Source: Macrostomum lignano
Lineage: Eukaryota
Length of the DNA: 23,854 bases
NCBI GenBank assembly: GCA_002269645.1
Contig: NIVC01005172.1
Span: 1 to 23,854 of the forward strand
Direction: 5' to 3'
Shown here: one piece after another, positions 1-8,293 of the stretch
Numbering within the stretch: the first letter of the stretch is position 1
Layout: each line of letters starts with the position of its first letter
Program-made: the position numbers and the translations under genes
The notes under the pieces: model-generated
Told to the model about the DNA's origin: nothing
Seen by the model: only the letters and a program-made list of their open reading frames with translations
Databases searched by the model: none

Positions 1-564
<564 letters not shown>

Positions 565-1361
565 ATCCATCCATTTACCTTCATAATATTTATAGTTTTC
601 TTGATATACTCGTATAAACAGCGAAACCCATTCTGGCATAAATTATACACGAAGTAACGCAGTGGGATTTCGCTTTACAATAAATCAGGCACCCAATGTC
701 CCTCGTGAATTCAGAAGCGCCCCGCAGAAGCAGTTGCCGTAGTCGGGCCGAGATGCGCTTGATTCAAAAGTCGTAAAACTCTCTGGCAAACAGCAGTCGT
801 CTTCAAAACAAAACCCGGCTAAGAAACCAGGGGGAAAGGCAAGAGATAAGCTTGAAAAAAGCAAATAGACAAGAAAGAGAAGAGAGAAACGAGACTAAAC
901 TACGCCGGCACTCGAAACTCGCGCAGCTGCCGCCCAGATGAGATTCCGGATGAAGGGACGCTGAGGCTGAAGCCTCTCACATGGGCTTTGGCGGTCTGTT
1001 TTTTCTCCCTGAGAAGGACGGAAGGAAGGAAGGAAAGCATTTGGAATCCCGCATTCGTCTCCTGGATAGAGAGAAAATGCTCTCGAGAATACGGCGCCAA
1101 ACGGCGTCATGGGATCTTCTGCAAACTTCTAAACGCCCTACGTATTTCCCCATATTGAGCTTCACTATTCCTCTTTTAACACATATCGTCTTTTTTCTCC
1201 CGCCCGATTCCCGTTTAGCCAGGGTCCGGATTGGCTGCCGGCCATGCCAGCAGGTCTCACGAGCCAGTAAATATAAGAATAGAAGGAGCGCCAATGGCCT
1301 GCACTTCTAGATCAAAGAGCTGCTTGAGTTCAGACTCAACCCACCAGTATTCCCAGCAGCA

Positions 1362-1657
1362 ATGGGCGCGTCCTTGTCAGCTTATTTGGCCCTTGTCGGG
1401 TGCTGCTTCTCGGGCTGGACAACTGCGGCAAGACCACCCTGCTGAGGCAGCTAGTTGCCAGGCACACCTCCGCAGCTGGCGGGACGGGTTCGTCAAAAAC
1501 AATGTCGGCTTTGGCGACGGCGTCAGACGAAGACGAAGCGGCGGCGATGTCGGCAGCGGCGGAGGCCAGCGATACGCGTCGAGTTCTGCCAACTCTCGGC
1601 CACTCGTCCGAGATTGTCCGGCTGCCGCAGGGTGGCCCCGATCTGGTGCTTACAGAG
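1362..1657 (+). CDS. Arf/Arl-family small GTPase, exon 1 (1-nt frameshift at about 1378-1381)
   Basis: ATG at 1362 gives MGASLS (MGxxxS N-myristoylation motif). The P-loop RVLLLGLDNCGKTTLL and the G2-like LPTLG lie in another frame. Adding one base near 1378 gives MGASLSSLFGPCRVLLLGLDNCGKTT, a typical Arf N-terminus. Ends at the phase-0 donor GAG|GTAGAC (intron starts 1658). Confidence 0.85.
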
Positions 1658-1667
1658 GTAGACTATG

Positions 1668-2428
1668 GATCAGGGAGATGATCAGGGAGGTGATCAGGGA
1701 GATGATCAGGGAGATGATCAGGGAGATGATCAGGGAGATTATCAGGGAGATGATCAGGGAGATTATCAGGGAGATGATCAGGGCGATGATCAGGGAGATT
1801 ATCAGGGAGATGATCAGGGAGATTATCAGGGAGATGATCAGGGCGATGATCAGGGAGATTATCAGGGAGATGATCAGGGAGATGATCAGGGAGATGATCA
1901 GGGAGATGATCAGGGAGATGATCAGGGAGATTATCAGGGAGATGATCAGGGAGATTATCAGGGAGATGATCAGGGCGATGATCAGGGAGATTATCAGGGA
2001 GATGATCAGGGAGATTATCAGGGAGATGATCAGGGCGATGATCAGGGAGATTATCAGGGAGATGATCAGGGAGATGATCAGGGAGATGATCAGGGAGATT
2101 ATCAGGGAGATGATCAGGGCGATGATCAGGGAGATGATCAGGGAGGTGATCAGGGAGGTGATCAGGGAGATGATCAGGGAGATGATCAGGGAGATGATCA
2201 GGGAGATGATCAGAGAGATTATCAGGGAGATGATCAGGGAGATGATCAGGGAGATTATCAGGGAGATGATCAGGGAGATGATCAGGGAGATTATCAGGGC
2301 GATGATCAGGGCGATGATCAGGGAGATTATCAGGGAGGTGATCAGGGAGATGATCAGGAAGATGATCAGGGAGATTATCAGGGAGATGATCAGGGCGATG
2401 ATCAGGGAAATGATCAGGGAGATGATCA
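1668..2428 (+). repeat. 12-bp minisatellite GATCAGGGAGAT, 63 full units, filling the Arf-like intron (1658-2450)
   Basis: 1668-2423 = 756 bp = 63 x 12, plus a partial unit. Variants TATCAGGGAGAT, GATCAGGGCGAT and GATCAGGGAGGT. Source of the IREM, GDDQ, LIIS and HLPD ORFs. Confidence 0.98.
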
Positions 2429-2450
2429 TGAGACGAGTTCCTGCCCTCAG

Positions 2451-2816
2451 GTCGGTGGCAGTAGGGTCTACCGCGACTTCTGGCGCTACCACGCACGCCT
2501 AGTCGAAGGCGTCGTATTCGTCGTCGACAGCAACGATCCGGCTAGGCTGGAGGAGGCCCGCCGCTTCCTGTTCGAGGTGGCCACCAGCTGGGAGCTGCTC
2601 GGCGCCCCCGTGCTGGTGTTGGCAAACAAGCAGGACCTGCCGTTCGCTCTGCCCGGCTGGCAGGTGGCGGCCCGGCTGCAGACCGAGCTGCTGGAGCGGC
2701 TGGGCCATCCGACTCACGTCCACCGGACCGTGGGCCTCACTGGGGACGGCCTGGTGACGGCGCTGCACGTCCTGGCAAAGTTCATCAGGCAGAGGAGACG
2801 CTCGCCGCCCTGTTGA
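2451..2816 (+). CDS. Arf/Arl-family small GTPase, exon 2
   Basis: Acceptor TTCCTGCCCTCAG|GTC. The phase-0 join gives LVLTE|VGGSRVYRDFWRYHARLVEGVVFVVDSNDPARLEEAR...PVLVLANKQDLP...TVGLTGDGL, matching the Arf pattern VGG..IR.LWRHY / IFVVDS.D..R..EA / LANKQDL / TG.GL. Stop TGA at 2814-2816. Repaired product about 220 aa. Confidence 0.88.
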   Translation, partial: VGGSRVYRDFWRYHARLVEGVVFVVDSNDPARLEEARRFLFEVATSWELLGAPVLVLANKQDLPFALPGWQVAARLQTELLERLGHPTHVHRTVGLTGDGLVTALHVLAKFIRQRRRSPPC

Positions 2817-2913
2817 GACAGCAGGGGCTTTGATTCAGTTGCTGGACAAGTTTCAATTCCCGTAATGCAACCGGCGGCTCTTGCGAAATCATACCCTGTG
2901 ATTCGTTTCTTGC

Positions 2914-4767
2914 GTGACAGGCTCGATTGGGTCCGGCTATGGAGTGTGACAGGCTCGATTGGGTTGGTTATGGAGTTTGACAGGCTCGATTGGGTTGGTT
3001 CTGGAGTGTGACAGGCTCGATTGGGTCCGGTTCTGGAGTGTGACAGGCTCGATTGGGTCCAGATATGGAGAGTGACAGGCTCGATTGGGTCCAGATATGG
3101 AGTGTGACAGGCTCGATTGGGTTGGTTATGGAGTGTGACAGGCTCGATTGGGTTGGTTATGGAGTGTGACAGCCTCGATTGGGTCCGGTTATGGAGTGTG
3201 ACAGGCTCGATTGGGTCCGGTTGTGGAGTGTGACAGGCTCGATTGGGTCCGGTTCTGGAGTGTGACAGGCTCGATTGGGTCCGGTTATGGAGTGTGACAG
3301 GCTCGATTGGGTACGGTTATGGAGTGTGACAGGCTCGATTGGGTCCGGTTGTGGAGTGTGACAGGCTCGATTGGGTCCGGTTCTGGGTGTGACAGGCTCG
3401 ATTGGGTCCGGTTATGGAGTGTGACAGGCTCGATTGGGTCCGGTTATGGAGTGTGACAGGCTCGATTGGGTTGGTTATGGAGTGTGACAGGCTCGATTGG
3501 GTCCAGATATGGAGTGTGACAGGCTCGATTGGGTACGGTTATGGAGTGTGACAGGCTCGATTGGGTCCGGTTGTGGAGTGTGACAGGCTCGATTGGGTCC
3601 GGTTCTGGGGTGTGACAGGCTCGATTGGGTACGGTTATGGAGTGTGACAGGCTCGATTGGGTCCGGTTATGGAGTGTGACAGGCTCGATTGGGTCCGGTT
3701 CTGGGGTGTGACAGGCTCGATTGGGTCCGGTTCTGGAGTGTGACAGGCTCGATTGGGTCCGGTTATGGAGTGTGACAGGCTCGATTGGGTCCGGTTCTGG
3801 AGTGTGACAGGCTCGATTGGGTCCAGATATGGAGAGTGACAGGCTCGATTGGGTCCAGATATGGAGTGTGACAGGCTCGATTGGGTTGGTTATGGAGTGT
3901 GACAGGCTCGATTGGGTTGGTTATGGAGTGTGACAGGCTCGATTGGGTCCGGTTATGGAGTGTGACAGGCTCGATTGGGTCCGGTTGTGGAGTGTGACAG
4001 GCTCGATTGGGTCCGGTTCTGGAGTGTGACAGGCTCGATTGGGTCCGGTTATGGAGTGTGACAGGCTCGATTGGGTACGGTTATGGAGTGTGACAGGCTC
4101 GATTGGGTCCGGTTGTGGAGTGTGACAGGCTCGATTGGGTCCGGTTCTGGGGTGTGACAGGCTCGATTGGGTCCGGTTATGGAGTGTGACAGGCTCGATT
4201 GGGTCCGGTTATGGAGTGTGACAGGCTCGATTGGGTTGGTTATGGAGTGTGACAGGCTCGATTGGGTCCAGATATGGAGTGTGACAGGCTCGATTGGGTA
4301 CGGTTATGGAGTGTGACAGGCTCGATTGGGTCCGGTTGTGGAGTGTGACAGGCTCGATTGGGTCCGGTTCTGGGGTGTGACAGGCTCGATTGGGTACGGT
4401 TATGGAGTGTGACAGGCTCGATTGGGTCCGGTTATGGAGTGTGACAGGCTCGATTGGGTCCGGTTCTGGGGTGTGACAGGCTCGATTGGGTCCGGTTCTG
4501 GAGTGTGACAGGCTCGATTGGGTCCGGTTATGGAGTGTGACAGGCTCGATTGGGTTGGTTATGGAGTGTGACAGGCTCGATTGGGTCCAGATATGGAGTG
4601 TGACAGGCTCGATTGGGTCCAGATATGGAGTGTGACAGGCTCGATTGGGTTGGTTATGGAGTGTGACAGGCTCGATTGGGTTGGTTATGGAGTGTGACAG
4701 GCTCGATTGGGTCCGGTTATGGAGTGTGACAGGCTCGATTGGGTCCGGTTATGGAGTGTGACAGGCT
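2914..4767 (+). repeat. 31/32-bp minisatellite GTGTGACAGGCTCGATTGGGTCCGGTTATGGA, about 58 units, with a 764-bp (24-unit) higher-order repeat
   Basis: Nearly invariant 21-bp part plus a 10-11 bp variable part. The rare variant AGATATGGAGAG occurs at 3061 and 3825, and the order of variants in units 4-27 recurs in units 28-51. Confidence 0.98.
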
Positions 4768-6126
4768 GCTCTCTGCTCGGTGTATTATTCATTTTAGCTA
4801 CCAGTTTACCTGTCACGGGACATAAATGCACCTAAAACTAAAACCCCTTTCTATTCACTTATACTAGTACAGGTAAATTTAAAAATGTGTCATTCGTGTG
4901 TCCCCATCTGCTATAGTGGTTACGACGCCAACTAAATAGACTGATTCAGAACTCATTCCAATTTCTATTATATTATACAGGAGCCACTTTAAGTCAACGT
5001 GAAAGTCAGAAGTGAAATATTGTAAAAAAAAGTAAATGAATCCCAGCTGCTGTACTTTATTTCGAAAAGCCAGAATCTAGTCAGAATATCTTTTGCATAC
5101 CTTGGCTTTCTTCTAGAAGAAGACGAGGCTAGAAGATTTGCAACCAACTGCAATGTGGCAGACGTAAGACGGGATTAGGCTAATTCTGTGAGACGCTGCC
5201 TTATCTCGTCAGCCATGGCTGTCTAGGATCTCATTTCCTCATCTTTTTCTCGCCTCCTTCTTTTCCTGCGCTTCTGGCAGTTGAGAACGGAACTGAGGTA
5301 TTGCAATTCACTGGCTTGTACATAAGTCTTTTGCACCCGAAGCAAATACATGCTATATTTGTGTTGACAGCATTAAAAATTAATTAATATACAGCTACCA
5401 AAGCAGATGGACTTGTCGAAGTGTGACTGTTTTAATGAAATTTTTATATTTAAAATCGAGCGGAGTTGATCCTTTAAGACCTGACTAATTGGACTTAAAG
5501 TAAGGGAGCGGTCGTTATCGAGGTCTCCCGACCCAAGGGCTCGTTATTTTACTGGTAGTAATAATTCCTATCGCTGAAAACGAAAAAATAAAATCTTTTC
5601 AAATTCCAATGTTGCATCAAAGTACATTTGTGGGACTGTCGTTTCTAGCATTAAAAATGACGATTTCGTCATTTGACGGATGACGGAAAAATGACGGAAT
5701 CTACGCTCGTATGAAAACTTTGAAGAAAGAAAACGGTCTATGTTTTAAAAGTACAAGTAGATCACGCAACGTTTAGATTACGAGTGTGGATGTCTTTTAT
5801 ACGAGGGGTGTTCCATAAGTACTTATACTTTTGCATGCTGCTCATGAACAACGCAATCAATCATTACAAGTTAGGTGTCTCTGGAAAGCGGCTTTTCCCT
5901 TCTACAATTTGCTACCAGAATCATTTGGTTCCGTCAGTAAACGGAATTATTTTATCGGCCTTATCTTTACAATTGGCGTGGCCTCATGAGGTAAAACTCG
6001 CTTCCACTCCAGGTTGCTAATTATAGAACTCCTTGAGTAAGCAGCAAACAATTATCAGATATTCTATAGCTAATTCTAAAAATTATTCACAGTGTCCGAG
6101 CACGCGCCACATTAAAGCATTCAACA

Positions 6127-7880
6127 ATGCGGAACTTGGCGCAGAGCCTGGACTTCTTCGCCATTAATCTGTGCTTTACAGTTGGCCATTTTGACATCTT
6201 CAAGTTCCCACTGAGCTCAAACGGGCTGGGCGGCGCCACCTTTGTTGGAGTCTACGCCGCCGTCATGCTCCTGTACGGCATTCCGGCATTCGCCGACGAG
6301 GTCGCCTACCTCATGCCGTGGGACTGCGGCTCTTGCAGCCCGGCTACGCGGAAGTGGCTTCGCAGCTACGAGCTCATCGCCCTGATGCAAGCTATTCAAG
6401 TTTCTATTGGCGAGGCCGAGGAGAAGCTCAACTTGGCTACTGCTCAGCTATTCACTCTGGCTAACTCTGGCTCAAATAGTCTTCGAATGCTCCCATTTTA
6501 TTCGAAAAACTGTCAGCTACTGGACACCTCCATGACTATCGGACGAGTATCGGACGAAAACACGCTGGAGATGCTGGTGCAGCCTTCTTGCATGAGACGG
6601 CCTCGAAACGAGATCGGCTGCCTAATGCAGCTGCTGTTTGCGAATCCCAATGCAGTCCTATTCTACACTTTTATTATGCTTTCGCTAGTAGTAATTTCCT
6701 ACTTTATTATATTTGGCCGTTCAATGCGAACCTACGGAAAAATCGGTGGGATCTACATAGCACTGGTTGTGCTGTGCATTGCCACTCTGCTGCTCCACTT
6801 TGTTGGGAAGAGCAGGACGGAAGTTGGCGCGCACGATACCAGCTCAGCGCTCGCCACAATGGAAACTACGTTCGCCGGCGCGCTCGTGCTCTGCATGCAC
6901 AGTCTCGGCCTGGCCAACTTTCAAATTAGCGCCATTGGCGGCCGAGCCAATCAGGATGCAAAGCGGAGTTACGTGTCCCTGAGTATCTGCGTCTGCCTTG
7001 CTGACTTGGCGATTTCTGTCGCCTTCACCGGTCTGAGTCACCTAGTCAAATATTCTGTCGTCAAGCTCTGCAACGAATCTAGCGGAGGCCAATTCGACTT
7101 TGACAGCTACATGTCGTTTCCCGACATGACCGATAAGCTGAGAAACGGCAGCCTCAGTACCCCAGTTTCCGTGTCGGTAATGCAGGGCGCGATGCAGCTG
7201 GCCGAGTCGGTGCTGATGTTCTAAGAGACTAGCGGCTTTGTACCATACACCGTTTTCTTACCTTTTAAGGTTGTATTTTCTGGGGGGGGGCTTTTGTTGT
7301 GCCATTAAATTGGTTAAATCACACACATTCATTCGCCATCTAAATGATCTTTTCAGGGAATAATCCTGATGTTCGGCGTATTTCTGATTTGCATTCAATT
7401 CGTCAGGCGATCAGAGATTTCGTCTTCCTGCAGGCGATCAGACTGTTCCGCTGTTCGTGGGCAGTGCTCAGCCTGGCGGTGGTGCGGTTTGCCCTGCTGG
7501 CTGGAGTCACCCTGCTCAGAATGTTCGGCCAGCTAACCAGACTGCCCAGGTACATGCTGCTCGGCGCACCCATCGCTTTTTTTCTGGTAAAGCTTTTCGA
7601 GTGCGTTACGATTCACCTCGGAAAGGGATTCTCAAGCTACATCCGTGATCGCCGGACTCTTCTGAACGAGCAGCAAACGGTGCCGCTGTTCATCTTCAAC
7701 TGGTACCTGGCGCCAAGCATGGTATTCCTGTACAACTTCGGCTACCCGGCTGCTTGCGTGGTGTTCATCATCACGTACCAAAAGGAAATGTTAACAATTG
7801 GATTCTGCGTCTGCTTCCTGCTGCTAAACGCTTTGCCAATTGTGCTCACCATTGTAGTTGTGCATGTCTATTGGACCTAA
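6127..7880 (+). pseudogene. Highly divergent SLC6/NSS (sodium:neurotransmitter symporter family) gene, disrupted or alternatively spliced. Probable exons 6127-7269 and 7357-7880
   Basis: CFTVGHFDIFKFPLSSNGLGGATFVGVYAAVMLLYGIPAFADE aligns without gaps to LeuT TM1-TM2 ([43 protein letters not shown]). Further SLC6-like segments: SYFIIFGRSMRTYGKI (TM4-5), CMHSLGLA (TM6), FECVTIHLGKGFSSYIRD (TM10), FNWYLAP (TM11), TIGFCVCFLLLNALP (TM12). Candidate intron AAG|GTTGTA...TTTTCAG|GGA at 7270-7356. Lesions: in-frame TAA at 7222-7224 and a 20-bp insertion at 7405-7424. Repaired length 548 codons. Confidence 0.8.
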
Positions 7881-7929
7881 TTAAGGTGTTGACTGTTTTT
7901 TTTGTTTTGAAAACGAATCAATTATGCCG

Positions 7930-7935
7930 AATAAA
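7930..7935 (+). promoter_or_regulatory. Candidate polyadenylation signal AATAAA of the SLC6-like gene
   Basis: Canonical hexamer about 50 nt after the 7880 stop, followed by T-rich sequence. Confidence 0.5.
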
Positions 7936-8167
7936 AGCCCCCCAAAACAAAATTCCATTTTTTTGTCCAAATTGTTTTTGCGTCTATTAATTACGCTACG
8001 TCTGCAGCAGAAACAGTTCATAGTCTGGAGTGAAGTAGTGTGACGCTATGCATGAGATAGAGCACGTTCGGTCCCGAATTTTAAAATCCGACTGGAGCAT
8101 TCACAGACTGTGAAGCCGTGTATTAAATTTAGTAGTATAGATAGGGAACTTTCATAAACTGCTCATG

Positions 8168-8293
8168 ATAATAATAAATAATTGATTACACCTGGCCCAA
8201 TTGGGACAGATGTGCAACCGACAGCTCAGCCGCAGCTATTGCGCGGCGCATCTGAAGGCTGCGTACGGCTGTTCAGTCCAAGGACTGGGGGGT
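8168..8293 (-). mobile_element. 5'-truncated copy (3' part and AT-rich tail) of the SINE at 13230-13523
   Basis: Reverse complement CCCCCCAGTCCTTGGACTGAACAGCCGTACGCAGCCTTCAGATGCGCCGCGCAATAGCTGCGGCTGAG...CAGGTGTAATCAATTATT aligns by eye with 13398-13520, with scattered substitutions and one 8-nt indel. Confidence 0.8.

Noticed and set aside
1231-2502. Long ORFs (IREM)n, (LIIS)n, (HLPD)n and the ATG-1665 (GDDQ)n ORF as standalone proteins
   Set aside because: Produced by a 12-bp unit lacking stops in several frames. GT-AG splicing of 1658-2450 explains the locus by rebuilding the Arf fold.
2914-4767. CRISPR array (constant 21 bp plus variable segment)
   Set aside because: The variable parts are 10-11 bp point variants of one sequence, not unique spacers; no cas genes; eukaryotic intron-containing context.
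5040-5350. Minus-strand stop-interrupted, protein-like reading (RKPRYAKDILTRFWLF...)
   Set aside because: May be a decayed TE, but I cannot assign a family. The same applies to similar stretches at about 8700-9030, 9700-10130 and 20560-21090.
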